A program made the translations under genes and the position numbers. Positions 1-9,493 of a DNA stretch of 64,000 bases are shown here, one piece after another. The notes beneath the pieces are model-generated. The model searched no databases. It was given only the letters and a program-made list of their open reading frames with translations, and was not told the origin of the DNA. Positions within the stretch are counted from its first letter, which is position 1; each line of letters opens with the position of its first letter. This DNA is from an uncultured Clostridia bacterium (GTDB lineage Bacteria > Bacillota > Clostridia > TANB77 > CAG-508). The stretch lies in assembly GCA_944387435.1 (NCBI GenBank), contig CALXEW010000003.1, forward strand, positions 15,777 to 79,776. Reading direction: 5' to 3'.

Positions 1-2566
1 TTAATTCTGATACTAAAGGCACTCTTGGATTTGCAGTAGTACATTGGTCTTCAAAAGCTCTGTCAGCAAGCATATCCACCTTTGATAAGAATTCTTGTTC
101 TTCTATTCCTGCTTCTTTAAAAGATTTTGGAATATTCATATGTTCATTTAATTCTTTTATTTTCTCAATTAAACTATTAATTCCTTCTTCTTTTGTATCT
201 GCCTTTAATCCAACTTTCTTTGCTAATTCATAATATTTTTCATCTGCTATAAAATATTCATACTTAGGGAATGATACAAACTTTGTTGGCTTACTACTAT
301 TATATCTAATTACATATGGTAAAAGTATAGCATTTATTCTACCATGTGCCATATGAAATTCTGCACCTAATTTATGCGCCAAAGAGTGATTTATTCCTAA
401 GAAAGCATTTGTAAATGCCATACCTGCAATAGTACTTGCATTATGCATTTTTTCTCTTGCCTCTTTATCATCTCCATTATCATATGCTTTTTCTAGATAC
501 TTAAGTACTAATTCCGTCGCTTTTTCAGATAAACCATCTGTATAATCTGATGCCATATTAGATACATACGCTTCTATGCTATGAGTTAGAACATCCATTC
601 CTGTATCTGCTGTAACAGTTTTAGGAAGACTCATTACTAAATCTGGATCTACTATTGCAACATCTGGAGTTAATTCATAATCTGCAAGAGGATATTTCTT
701 ATTTAGTTTTTTATCTGTTATAACAGCAAATGATGTAACTTCAGAGCCTGTTCCTGATGTTGTAGGTATTGCTACCATTTTACATTTTGTTCCTAGTTTA
801 GGAAATTTATAAGTACGTTTCCTAATATCCATAAACTTTAATTTTAAACCTTCTGGGTCTGCATCTGGATGTTCATAAAATAACCACATGCCTTTTGCTG
901 CATCTATCGGGCTTCCTCCACCTAAAGCTATAATTACATCAGGTTTAAAACGTTCCATCGATTCTACACCTTTTTTTATAGTATCAAAAGATGGGTCTGA
1001 TTCTACATCTGAAAATATTTCTGAATGCACGTAATGTTCTCTTTTTCTTAAGTGATAAAGTATTCTATCTACATATCCTAATTTTACCATTGATTCATCT
1101 GTTACGACAAAAGCTCTTTCTATATCAGGCATTTTCTCTAAATATCCTATAGAACCTGCTTCAAAGTATATTTTTTCAGGTATTTTAAACCATTGCATAT
1201 TAACCCTCCTCTTACTTGTTCTTTTTATATTAATAAGATTTACTGAAGAAACATTTGCAGTTGTCGAATTTCCACCAAATGAGCCACATCCTAAGGTTAA
1301 TGATGGCATATTTGTGTTATAAATATCTCCAATCGCTCCATGTGTTGAAGGTGAATTTACAATGATTCTACCAGCTTTCATTGTCTTAGAAAATTTAAGT
1401 ATTGTTTCTTTATTTTCTGAATGTATAACTGCTGAATGCCCAAGTCCTCCAAATTCTAATAATTTTTCAGATTTTTCTATTCCTTCTTCTTCATTATCTA
1501 CAATATAATAAGTAAGCACTGGGCTTAATTTTTCTTTTGAAAATGGATATTCTATTCCTATTCCTTCTTCATATACTACTAATACTTTTGTATCTTCCGG
1601 AACTTCGAAACCTGCATCTTTTGCTATTTTATATGGTGATTGTCCAGGTATATGAGATTTTAATTTGTATCCTATATCATCTCTATATTCAAACATACTT
1701 TCTTGTAGTTTTTGTTTCTCCTCTGGACTTGCAAAATAGCATCCTGCTTTTCTCATTAATTCTTCAAATTCTTTATAAATATCTTTATCAACTAAAACAG
1801 CTTGCTCTGATGCACATATCATTCCATTATCAAATGCTTTTGACATTACTAAATCATTTACTGATGTTGGAAGTTTTGCTGTTTTATCAATATAACAAGG
1901 AACATTTCCAGGTCCTACCCCTAATGCTGGCTTTCCACAAGAATAAGCTGATTTTACCATTCCAGTCCCACCTGTTGCTAAGATCAAATTAACATCAGGA
2001 TGATTCATAAGTGTTCTAGTAGCCAATATACTTGGTTCTTCAATCCATAAAATACAATCTTCTGGTGCTCCTGCCTTCACAGCTGCATCTCTTAAAATTT
2101 CTGCCGCACGCGAGCTACATTTTTGAGCTGATGGATGAAATCCAAATATAATTACATTTCTAGTCTTAGCAGAAATTATTGATTTGAACATTGTTGTAGA
2201 AGTTGGATTTGTTACTGGTGTTACACCTGCTATTATTCCAACAGGTTCTGCAATTTCAACATATCCCTCTTCTTCATTTTTACTAATTACTCCAACTGTT
2301 TTTTCATATTTGATACTGTGATATACATATTCTGTTGCAAACATGTTCTTTGTAATTTTGTCTTCATAAATTCCTCTTCCAGTTTCTTCTACCGCCATTT
2401 TTGCAAGTTCCATATGGTGTTCTAATCCTGCCATCGACATTGCTTTCGTAATGTTGTCTACTGTTTCTTGGTCAAGTTTTAAATACTCTTCTGATGCTTT
2501 CTTAGCTCTTTTTACTAAATTATCAATCATCTCTTTTACCTTAGTTTCTTCTTGCACCTCAGACAT
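1..2566 (-). CDS. adhE: Bifunctional acetaldehyde-CoA/alcohol dehydrogenase AdhE (3' end runs off the left window edge)
   Basis: My reverse-strand translation from ATG 2566-2564 (GGAGGA upstream) gives MSEVQEETKVKEMIDNLVKRAKKA... It has an N-terminal aldehyde dehydrogenase part (FDNGMICASEQ) fused to an iron-type alcohol dehydrogenase part (GGGSPIDAAKGMW, HSLAHKLGAEFHMAHG). It is missing from the ORF track because it is open at the window edge. Confidence 0.93.
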   Translation of the reverse strand, partial: MSEVQEETKVKEMIDNLVKRAKKASEEYLKLDQETVDNITKAMSMAGLEHHMELAKMAVEETGRGIYEDKITKNMFATEYVYHSIKYEKTVGVISKNEEEGYVEIAEPVGIIAGVTPVTNPTSTTMFKSIISAKTRNVIIFGFHPSAQKCSSRAAEILRDAAVKAGAPEDCILWIEEPSILATRTLMNHPDVNLILATGGTGMVKSAYSCGKPALGVGPGNVPCYIDKTAKLPTSVNDLVMSKAFDNGMICASEQAVLVDKDIYKEFEELMRKAGCYFASPEEKQKLQESMFEYRDDIGYKLKSHIPGQSPYKIAKDAGFEVPEDTKVLVVYEEGIGIEYPFSKEKLSPVLTYYIVDNEEEGIEKSEKLLEFGGLGHSAVIHSENKETILKFSKTMKAGRIIVNSPSTHGAIGDIYNTNMPSLTLGCGSFGGNSTTANVSSVNLINIKRTSKRRVNMQWFKIPEKIYFEAGSIGYLEKMPDIERAFVVTDESMVKLGYVDRILYHLRKREHYVHSEIFSDVESDPSFDTIKKGVESMERFKPDVIIALGGGSPIDAAKGMWLFYEHPDADPEGLKLKFMDIRKRTYKFPKLGTKCKMVAIPTTSGTGSEVTSFAVITDKKLNKKYPLADYELTPDVAIVDPDLVMSLPKTVTADTGMDVLTHSIEAYVSNMASDYTDGLSEKATELVLKYLEKAYDNGDDKEAREKMHNASTIAGMAFTNAFLGINHSLAHKLGAEFHMAHGRINAILLPYVIRYNSSKPTKFVSFPKYEYFIADEKYYELAKKVGLKADTKEEGINSLIEKIKELNEHMNIPKSFKEAGIEEQEFLSKVDMLADRAFEDQCTTANPRVPLVSEL

Positions 2567-2825
2567 AATTATCCTCCTTTTTCTTTTGCTTATTTTAACC
2601 AATTTTATCCTTATAATACTTTTTCTTAAAATCTTCTATATATATAATTCTATAGATAGAAGATTAATTCCTTCTAAAATTCTTTTTAATTATATCATTA
2701 AAATAGAAAAAATACATCATAAAATTAATTTTTTATTTAAAAATCTGAAGATTTTTATCCTAATAATTGATTAAATAATTTCGTTTTGGTATAAATATTA
2801 ATATATGGATATTTAGGAGAATCCT

Positions 2826-3479
2826 ATGGAAGAAAAATATAAATTACAAGAATTACAAACAAATGATATTTTTACAAACAAAACATTAAAAAGAACATTA
2901 TTCATTATTTGGTTAATTGGTGTAATTATTATATCAATACTAAATATAACCGAACTTTTCCTTTGGTTCATATTTGCATTTGCATATAGCTGTATTTTTG
3001 GAATACTTGCATTAACTATTTACTTGTTTCCTAAGAACAATACAGAATACAAACAATTAAAAGATATTGGAAAAAAAGAACAAGCATATATTGTAGATAC
3101 AGGATTTAGTCGTCATGGTAATGCAAGAGGAATAATTTTTAAGCGAAGTGGCGTTTCTATTTTTGACTATGGTAAATTAATTAAAAGTGGTGACTTTTCT
3201 AAAACAGATAGCATGGGTGGCGATAGATACACTTACAAACTGTTTTATATTACTATCTTATATAATGGAAGTCTTAAAAACATATATAAATTTGATGGAA
3301 ATAGCATTTCATATAAGATATTACAAGTATTATTAGAAACTTATCCAACAAAAAAAGTAGAAAAAATTCCTATAGATGTCTATTGTTATAAAAATAAAAT
3401 ATATGCAGATTTCGAAAGTATAGATTTAACCAAAGTAGAAAGTTTTGAAGAAGCCAGAAAAATTGTTGAAAATACATGA
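2826..3479 (+). CDS. Hypothetical membrane protein (two N-terminal TM helices)
   Basis: 217-aa ORF with AGGAGA RBS before the ATG. Hydrophobic segments LFIIWLIGVIIISIL and FIFAFAYSCIFGILALTIYLF. A strong terminator follows directly. No family recognised. Confidence 0.6.
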   Translation: MEEKYKLQELQTNDIFTNKTLKRTLFIIWLIGVIIISILNITELFLWFIFAFAYSCIFGILALTIYLFPKNNTEYKQLKDIGKKEQAYIVDTGFSRHGNARGIIFKRSGVSIFDYGKLIKSGDFSKTDSMGGDRYTYKLFYITILYNGSLKNIYKFDGNSISYKILQVLLETYPTKKVEKIPIDVYCYKNKIYADFESIDLTKVESFEEARKIVENT

Positions 3480-3481
3480 TT

Positions 3482-3505
3482 AAAACCACCGATGTCGGTG
3501 GTTTT
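3482..3505. terminator. Bidirectional intrinsic terminator between convergent genes
   Basis: Perfect 10-bp stem AAAACCACCG/CGGTGGTTTT with a 4-nt loop. The A-run and T-run are built into the stem ends. Confidence 0.8.
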
Positions 3506-3512
3506 ATATATA

Positions 3513-4280
3513 TTATTTATATAGATATAATTGTGGGTTTACATGTTCCCCATTTATTCTAATTTCAAAATGTAAATGCGGTCCTGTCGAATTCCCTGTA
3601 GACCCAACTGCTGCAATTACATCTCCTGCTTTTACTTGTTCTCCTACTTTAACATACATTTTACTTGTATGTGCATACCAAGTTTCAACACCGTTTCCAT
3701 GGTCTACCTTTACTAAGTTACCATATGAACCATTATATTTAGCAAATGTAACTGTTCCATCTGATACTACTTTTATAGGTGTTCCTTTAGTCGCTGCAAT
3801 ATCTAAACCGGTATGTCTTGAACTTCTTATACTACTACTTACACCATATCTAGAAGTAATTCTTCCTGTAATTGGCGCTGTTGCTAACTTTATTCCGTTA
3901 ATATCAGGCATTGCATCTATTCTTTCTTGTTCTTCTTGTTTTTCTATTACTTCTGTTACTTTTGTCTGAATTTCAGCTTTTGCAACTTCTACATCTTGTG
4001 TATTTACTTCTTCTTCATTTTGCGTATATTTTTCTAAAATCGTTAAATCTAAATCATTTTCATTATTTTCTTCTTTAATATGATTTACTATTTCCTCAGC
4101 ATCTTCAATAGTATTTACTTTTTCTAATTCTTCATCATTAAGCGCTATTTCATAATATTTATAAGTAACAACTAAATTTTCTTCTAATTTGCTCGCCACT
4201 TCATCTTCATTTATCTCTAAATTCCTATCTACAAATTTTAACTCATATTCAGGAGACTCTTTTAAGTCTACTGTGTCCAC
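3513..4280 (-). CDS. M23/LytM-family metallopeptidase (true start probably upstream, see findings)
   Basis: C-terminal M23 signature HTGLDIAA ... GSTGNSTGPHLHFEIRINGEHVNP. The track start is a GTG. The frame stays open upstream through a TM helix. Confidence 0.85.
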   Translation of the reverse strand: MDTVDLKESPEYELKFVDRNLEINEDEVASKLEENLVVTYKYYEIALNDEELEKVNTIEDAEEIVNHIKEENNENDLDLTILEKYTQNEEEVNTQDVEVAKAEIQTKVTEVIEKQEEQERIDAMPDINGIKLATAPITGRITSRYGVSSSIRSSRHTGLDIAATKGTPIKVVSDGTVTFAKYNGSYGNLVKVDHGNGVETWYAHTSKMYVKVGEQVKAGDVIAAVGSTGNSTGPHLHFEIRINGEHVNPQLYLYK

Positions 4281-4940
4281 ATTTTCTTGTTCTTCTACAT
4301 TTTGTTTAAAAGATTCTTCAAATGCTTCTTTATTTTGTACATATCCTATTTCTTCTCCTGATATATTTACTTTATAGATTGGTTTGTATTTTATTAATAT
4401 AATCGCGATAATAAAACCAAATCCTATAACAGCTATGTTAAAATACTTAAAAATTTCTTTTGTATAGTATTTTAATTTTTTATTTATAATATATCTTCAC
4501 GCTCCTTTTTATTGCAAGTTTTTTTACGCGACCATTTTCTATTATACTATATATTCTTGCCAAAATCAAATTATGTATACATTTTTAATCGTAATTTGTC
4601 AATTTTAGTAAAACTCTTTACTTTATTTTTCTTGTTTTTATATCTTTTTCTTTAACATCCTCCATTTTTCTCCATTTTTCTCGCTTTTTCTTGTTGTTGA
4701 ATTTCAAAAATAGTAAAAAATAATTCTTTATTCTTTTATATTTAAATATTCAATCAAATTACTTCCTTCTTATTATGCATATATGTTTTTATTAAATACC
4801 ATTTAACATTACATAGAATTAATATGTGCTAAAGTTTTATCAACTTTACTTATATGTTCTATTTAGATTTTTTAGTTACTGTAAATTTAAACCATAAAAT
4901 GCTATTATATGCCTATAAGAAAAATAGGAGTGTGATAAAA

Positions 4941-5282
4941 ATGGCTTTAGATTACAACGTAATTGGACAAAGAATAAAACAAGCAAGATTAGCAAAAAAT
5001 TTAACTCAAGAAGATTTAGCTGAACAAATTGATATTTCTGTTGCTTTCTTAAGTAGAGTAGAAAGAGGAAATTCTCACATCAACTTAAAGAGATTAAATC
5101 AATTATGTCGTCTATTAGATGTTTCAGAAGGATATATTTTAAATGGTGCTTCTAGTAATTCTGAAAATTATTTAACAAAAGAGTTTTCAGAATTATTAAA
5201 AAGTTGTTCACCAGAGACACAAAGACTTATATATAATGTAGCAAAAGTAATTGCTGAAGATGATCCACATGAACCATTATAA
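4941..5282 (+). CDS. XRE-family helix-turn-helix transcriptional regulator
   Basis: HTH_3-like segment IGQRIKQARLAKNLTQEDLAEQIDISVAFLSRVERG. I prefer ATG 4941 (MALDYNV, AGGAG 9 nt upstream) over the longer track ORF. Confidence 0.8.
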   Translation: MALDYNVIGQRIKQARLAKNLTQEDLAEQIDISVAFLSRVERGNSHINLKRLNQLCRLLDVSEGYILNGASSNSENYLTKEFSELLKSCSPETQRLIYNVAKVIAEDDPHEPL

Positions 5283-5302
5283 AATAAAATATAAAACTAA
5301 CC

Positions 5303-5334
5303 AAAAAACCAATATTAGAAATATTGGTTTTTTG
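5303..5334 (+). terminator. Intrinsic terminator
   Basis: Stem AACCAATAT/ATATTGGTT followed by TTTTTTG. Confidence 0.75.
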
Positions 5335-5489
5335 TTGTTTTTGCAACAGTTTTATTTTTAAATAAACTATATATTATTTGCATAAATATATTAAAAACAA
5401 TTGCTTATATTTTTCTAATATGGTATTATAATATATGGCAAATTGTTTATACTAATAGAATAATATAAGAAATTTAAAGGAGGTAAAAA

Positions 5490-7727
5490 ATGGATTTTGA
5501 ACAATGGAAAAATTTTAAAAAAGGTGATTGGCAATCAGAAATAAATGTTAGAGATTTTATACAACATAATTACACACCTTATGAGGGAGATGACAATTTT
5601 TTAGCTGGTCCAACTGAAAAAACTAAAAAGCTTTGGGATGAAGTTTTAGACCTTTACAAAAAAGAACATGATGCAAAAGGTGGAGTATTAGATATAGATA
5701 CAAAAACAATATCTACAATAACTGCTCATGATGCAGGTTATATTGATAAAGATTTAGAAGATATAGTAGGACTTCAAACTGATGCCCCTTTAAAAAGAGC
5801 TATCATGCCATTTGGTGGTATAAGAATAGTTGAAAAGGCTTGCGCTGCTTATGATAGAAAAGTAGATGATGAAGTAGAAAACATATTCCATAAATATAGA
5901 AAAACTCATAATGATGGAGTATTTAGCGTATATACACCAGATATCAGGCTAGCTAGAAGTTCACACTTAATTACAGGTCTTCCTGATGGATATGGACGTG
6001 GAAGAATAATTGGAGATTACAGAAGGGTTGCTCTATATGGAGTAGATGTTCTAATTACTGAAAAGCAATCTGAATTAGATGTTTTAAATACAGATGAATT
6101 AACTGAAGAAGTTATAAGATCAAGAGAAGAAATTAGTGAACAAATCAATGCATTAAATGAATTAAAAGAAATGGCTGCAAAATATGGATTTGATATTTCA
6201 AAACCAGCTTCAAATGCTAGAGAAGCAGTTCAATGGTTATATTTCGGATATTTAGGAGCTATAAAATCACAAGATGGTGCTGCAATGAGCTTAGGTAGAA
6301 CTTCTACATTCTTAGATATTTATTTTGAAAGAGACTTACAAAATGGTACTTTAACAGAAGAAGAAGCTCAAGAAATCATGGACCACTTTGTTATGAAATT
6401 AAGATTAGTTCGTTTCTTAAGAACACCTGAATATAATGAATTATTCAGCGGAGACCCTGTATGGGTAACAGAAAGTATTGGTGGTATGGGAATAGATGGT
6501 AGAACTTTAGTTACTAAAAACTCTTTCAGATTACTTCATACTCTTCAAAACTTAGGACCTGCGCCAGAACCAAACATGACAGTTCTATGGTCTACAAGAT
6601 TACCTGAAGGATTTAAGAGATTTACAACTAACTTATCTATCAAAACATCATCTATCCAATATGAAAATGACGATTTAATGAGAATTACTTTAGGTGATGA
6701 TTATGGTATTGCATGTTGTGTATCTCCAATGAAAATAGGTAAACAAATGCAATTTTTCGGTGCAAGAGCTAACCTTGCTAAAACTCTACTTTATGCAATT
6801 AATGGTGGTAGAGACGAAGTTTCAGGAAAACAAGTTACGCCTAAATATGCACCAATTACTTCTGAATACTTAGACTATGATGAAGTTATGGAAAAATTTA
6901 ATCAAATGATGGATTATGTAGCAAAAATCTATATAAAAGCTTTAAATGCTATTCATTATATGCATGATAAATATTGCTATGAAGCTATCGAGATGGCATT
7001 ACATGATAGAGAAATTATTCGTACAATGGCTTGTGGTATTGCAGGACTTTCAGTTGTAGCAGACTCATTATCAGCTATAAAGTATGCTAAAGTAAAAGTT
7101 ATTCGTGATGAAACAGGACTTGCTGTTGATTACAAAGTTGAAGGAGATTTTCCTAAATTCGGAAATGATGATGACAGAGTTGACAAAATAGCCGTTGATA
7201 TTACTAAAAACTTTATGAATAAATTAAGAAAACATCAAACTTATAGACATTCAAAACATACATTATCTATTTTAACAATTACTTCAAATGTAGTATATGG
7301 AAAAGCTACAGGAAATACTCCTGATGGAAGAAGAGCTGGAGAACCATTCGGACCTGGAGCTAACCCACTACATGGAAGAGATACAAATGGAGCATTAGCA
7401 GTTATGAACTCTATTGCAAAACTTCCATTTGATAGTGCAGAAGATGGTATTTCATACACATTCTCAATTACACCTGGAACATTAGGTAAAACAGACAATG
7501 AAAAAATAGATAACTTAGTTAATATGCTTGATGGTTACTTTACACAAACAGGTCATCATATTAATGTTAATGTATTTGATAGAAGCTTACTTGAAGACGC
7601 TATGGAACACCCAGAAAATTACCCACAACTTACAATTCGTGTTTCTGGATATGCTGTTCACTTTACAAAACTAACAAGAGAACAACAATTAGATGTAATC
7701 CATAGAACAATTCATGAAAGAATATAA
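5490..7727 (+). CDS. pflB: Pyruvate formate-lyase (glycyl radical enzyme)
   Basis: Glycyl-radical motif [11 protein letters not shown] near the C-terminus, catalytic Cys pair GIACCVSPM, 745 aa, good RBS AAGGAGG. Confidence 0.95.
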   Translation: MDFEQWKNFKKGDWQSEINVRDFIQHNYTPYEGDDNFLAGPTEKTKKLWDEVLDLYKKEHDAKGGVLDIDTKTISTITAHDAGYIDKDLEDIVGLQTDAPLKRAIMPFGGIRIVEKACAAYDRKVDDEVENIFHKYRKTHNDGVFSVYTPDIRLARSSHLITGLPDGYGRGRIIGDYRRVALYGVDVLITEKQSELDVLNTDELTEEVIRSREEISEQINALNELKEMAAKYGFDISKPASNAREAVQWLYFGYLGAIKSQDGAAMSLGRTSTFLDIYFERDLQNGTLTEEEAQEIMDHFVMKLRLVRFLRTPEYNELFSGDPVWVTESIGGMGIDGRTLVTKNSFRLLHTLQNLGPAPEPNMTVLWSTRLPEGFKRFTTNLSIKTSSIQYENDDLMRITLGDDYGIACCVSPMKIGKQMQFFGARANLAKTLLYAINGGRDEVSGKQVTPKYAPITSEYLDYDEVMEKFNQMMDYVAKIYIKALNAIHYMHDKYCYEAIEMALHDREIIRTMACGIAGLSVVADSLSAIKYAKVKVIRDETGLAVDYKVEGDFPKFGNDDDRVDKIAVDITKNFMNKLRKHQTYRHSKHTLSILTITSNVVYGKATGNTPDGRRAGEPFGPGANPLHGRDTNGALAVMNSIAKLPFDSAEDGISYTFSITPGTLGKTDNEKIDNLVNMLDGYFTQTGHHINVNVFDRSLLEDAMEHPENYPQLTIRVSGYAVHFTKLTREQQLDVIHRTIHERI

Positions 7728-7778
7728 CTGATATAAACTAAAAGAGAGATAAATAAAGAATAGAAAGTTTAAAAGTAC

Positions 7779-7799
7779 AAGGGGAATTTATTTCCCCTT
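7779..7799 (+). terminator. Hairpin between pflB and pflA (partial terminator or processing site)
   Basis: Stem AAGGGGAA/TTCCCCTT with a 5-nt loop and only a short T-run. Confidence 0.5.
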
Positions 7800-7819
7800 T
7801 AATACTGTAAGGAGCAATT

Positions 7820-8557
7820 ATGAATAACGAAGAAAAAGATTTAAGATATTATGCAAAAGTTCACTCAGTAGAATCACTTGGAACAGTTGACGGACCAGGT
7901 ATTCGTTTCGTATTATTTTTACAAGGATGCCATTTAGAGTGTAAATACTGTCATAACAGGGACACTTGGGATATTAACTCTGGTAGTTATCAATCACTTG
8001 ATGAAATTTTTGATAAAATTATGAGATATAAAAATTATATATATCCAAGAGGTGGTGTTACTATCAGCGGTGGCGAACCATTACTTCAACATAAGTTTAT
8101 TTTTGAATTATTTACTAAATTAAAGAAAGAAAATATTCACACTTGTATAGATACTTCAGGTATGGTCGCACTAACTGATGATATTAAAAAATTGATAAAT
8201 ATAACTGATTTATTTTTATTAGACATCAAACATATTGATGATGAAAAGTGTAAAGACCTAGTCGGAAAATCAAATAAATTAGAACTTAACTTCGCTAGAT
8301 ATTTAAGTGATAATAACATTCCTATATGGATTAGACAAGTATTAGTTCCAGGATATACAGATGACGAACAAGATTTATTAAAACTAAAAGACTTTATCAA
8401 TTCTCTTAAAACTGTAGAAAGAGTAGAAATTTTACCATATCATAGTGTTGGAGAATTTAAGTGGAAAGAGCTTGGTTTAACTTATCCTCTAGAAGGTGTT
8501 AGACAAGCAGATAATAATGATGTAAAAAGAGCAAAAGAAATATTAGGGATTAATTAA
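7820..8557 (+). CDS. pflA: Pyruvate formate-lyase activating enzyme (radical SAM)
   Basis: CxxxCxxC cluster motif GCHLECKYCHN. 245 aa, directly downstream of pflB. Confidence 0.93.
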   Translation: MNNEEKDLRYYAKVHSVESLGTVDGPGIRFVLFLQGCHLECKYCHNRDTWDINSGSYQSLDEIFDKIMRYKNYIYPRGGVTISGGEPLLQHKFIFELFTKLKKENIHTCIDTSGMVALTDDIKKLINITDLFLLDIKHIDDEKCKDLVGKSNKLELNFARYLSDNNIPIWIRQVLVPGYTDDEQDLLKLKDFINSLKTVERVEILPYHSVGEFKWKELGLTYPLEGVRQADNNDVKRAKEILGIN

Positions 8558-8559
8558 CA

Positions 8560-8590
8560 GATGTTTTTTGGGACGGGGTCAAAAAACATC
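8560..8590 (+). repeat. REP-like palindromic 3'-end element, copy A
   Basis: GATGTTTTTTGGGACGGGGTCAAAAAACATC, 3 nt after the pflA stop. Same core as the copies at 10866, 13491 and 56336. Confidence 0.85.
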
Positions 8591-8621
8591 AGAAGCATTT
8601 TATAAAAATTATTAATAAATA

Positions 8622-8650
8622 TTGACTTTTACGTTTTAAAATATTATAAT
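8622..8650 (+). promoter_or_regulatory. Consensus sigma-A type promoter (TTGACT-17-TATAAT)
   Basis: TTGACT at 8622-8627, 17-nt spacer, TATAAT at 8645-8650. It points toward the 3' end of the minus-strand small ORF. Confidence 0.6.
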
Positions 8651-8656
8651 TAATTT

Positions 8657-8722
8657 GTAAGATAAATATTATTTGTTTTTAAACATATAATATAAAAAGT
8701 AAGGCAAAGCCTTACTCTTTAG
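8657..8722 (+). ncRNA. Candidate short antisense RNA (possible type I antitoxin)
   Basis: Bounded by the promoter at 8622-8650 and the hairpin at 8699-8715. No ORF. It overlaps the last codons and terminator of the convergent small ORF. Confidence 0.35.
8699..8715. terminator. Bidirectional terminator hairpin shared by convergent transcripts
   Basis: GTAAGGC-AAA-GCCTTAC. On the minus strand it is followed by TTTTTATATT, on the plus strand by TCTTTAG. Confidence 0.7.
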
Positions 8723-8879
8723 TTAAAACATTTTCGGATTTATTGTTAATATCAGTCTTGGTAGGGCTGATATTAACTTTTTCTTTGTCTATATAGAATT
8801 GATATCTTACAATTCCAATTATGCCAACCAATACAGCTAAACAAAGAATAATAAATCCTATTCCTATGTACTTTTCCAT
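8712..8879 (-). CDS. 55-aa single-TM small protein (candidate type I toxin)
   Basis: My translation: MEKYIGIGFIILCLAVLVGIIGIVRYQFYIDKEKVNISPTKTDINNKSENVLTKE. SD GGGAGG lies 8 nt before the ATG. The ORF is below the apparent size cut-off of the ORF track. Confidence 0.6.
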   Translation of the reverse strand: MEKYIGIGFIILCLAVLVGIIGIVRYQFYIDKEKVNISPTKTDINNKSENVLTKE

Positions 8880-8925
8880 AGGATTAACCTCCCTCTTTAG
8901 TAAATTTGCTCCTAACGTATAGTCA

Positions 8926-8974
8926 GGTGCATAAACTAATATTTAGTTGGATACAAAATACTAATTTATGCACC
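8926..8974 (-). promoter_or_regulatory. Long 5'-leader hairpin upstream of the small ORF
   Basis: GGTGCATAAA...TTTATGCACC outer stem, which can extend to about 19 bp when G-U pairs are allowed. Confidence 0.5.
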
Positions 8975-9006
8975 CAACTTCAAGAGAGTTGCTTCAACCG
9001 ATTAAT

Positions 9007-9035
9007 AATATATCAAAATTCAATTTAATTGTCAA
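9007..9035 (-). promoter_or_regulatory. Promoter for the small-ORF transcript (TTGACA-17-TATATT)
   Basis: On the minus strand, TTGACA (9035-9030), 17-nt spacer, TATATT (9012-9007). Confidence 0.5.
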
Positions 9036-9062
9036 TATTTATATAAAGTTTTACAAATAAAT

Positions 9063-9299
9063 TTAGTCTTGCTCTGCCGTGTCAAACATTTCATCTGAAA
9101 AAAATTCTTTTAATGTTATATTAAAGCCTTCACAAATATGAAGTAAAGTATCTATTTTTAATAATTCCGTTTTTCCACTCATAAAAGTTGAAATTGTTGA
9201 ACAAGGTATTCCTGACATTTTACAAAGTTTCCAAACATTCATATTTTTTTCTTCCAAATAATATTTTATTCTTTTTCTAATAGCATCTGATAATCTCAT
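9063..9299 (-). CDS. XRE-family HTH regulator, divergent from a pilin-like gene
   Basis: MRLSDAIRKRIKYYLEEKNMNVWKLCKMSGIPCSTISTFMSGK... Start chosen at ATG 9299 with GGAGGAG upstream. The longer track ORF begins in AT-rich spacer. Confidence 0.8.
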   Translation of the reverse strand: MRLSDAIRKRIKYYLEEKNMNVWKLCKMSGIPCSTISTFMSGKTELLKIDTLLHICEGFNITLKEFFSDEMFDTAEQD

Positions 9300-9402
9300 T
9301 CTTCTCCTCCAAAAACCTTTAAATTCTAATGAAATTATATATAAATGCTTATCTTTTATACTTTGGCTAATTGAAAAAAGTAAAAATATTTTCAATTTAT
9401 CG

Positions 9403-9468
9403 AACTAGTTTGTTGCATTGAAGTTTTTGTTGTGTTATACTAAAAGTACTTCAATTTGCCAAACTAAT
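9403..9468. promoter_or_regulatory. Long imperfect inverted repeat in the divergent promoter region (likely operator)
   Basis: AACTAGTTTGTTGCATTGAAGT ... ACTTCAATTTGCCAAACTAATT, enclosing a TATACT -10-like box. Confidence 0.45.
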
Positions 9469-9493
9469 TTTTAAAAAGAAAGGATTTGATAAA

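Noticed and set aside
1537-1992. Many track ORFs rich in L/F/I/Y lie antisense to strong genes. Examples: 1537..1992, 2451..2774, 11035..11487, 15277..15585, 28733..29383, 31245..31562, 36165..36854, 45261..46102, 56455..58491, 62235..63918.
   Set aside because: They are low-complexity translations of the opposite strand of AT-rich genes that have clear motifs. They lack an RBS and any recognisable domains. 36165..36854 even reads through the TG microsatellite as CVCVCVC.
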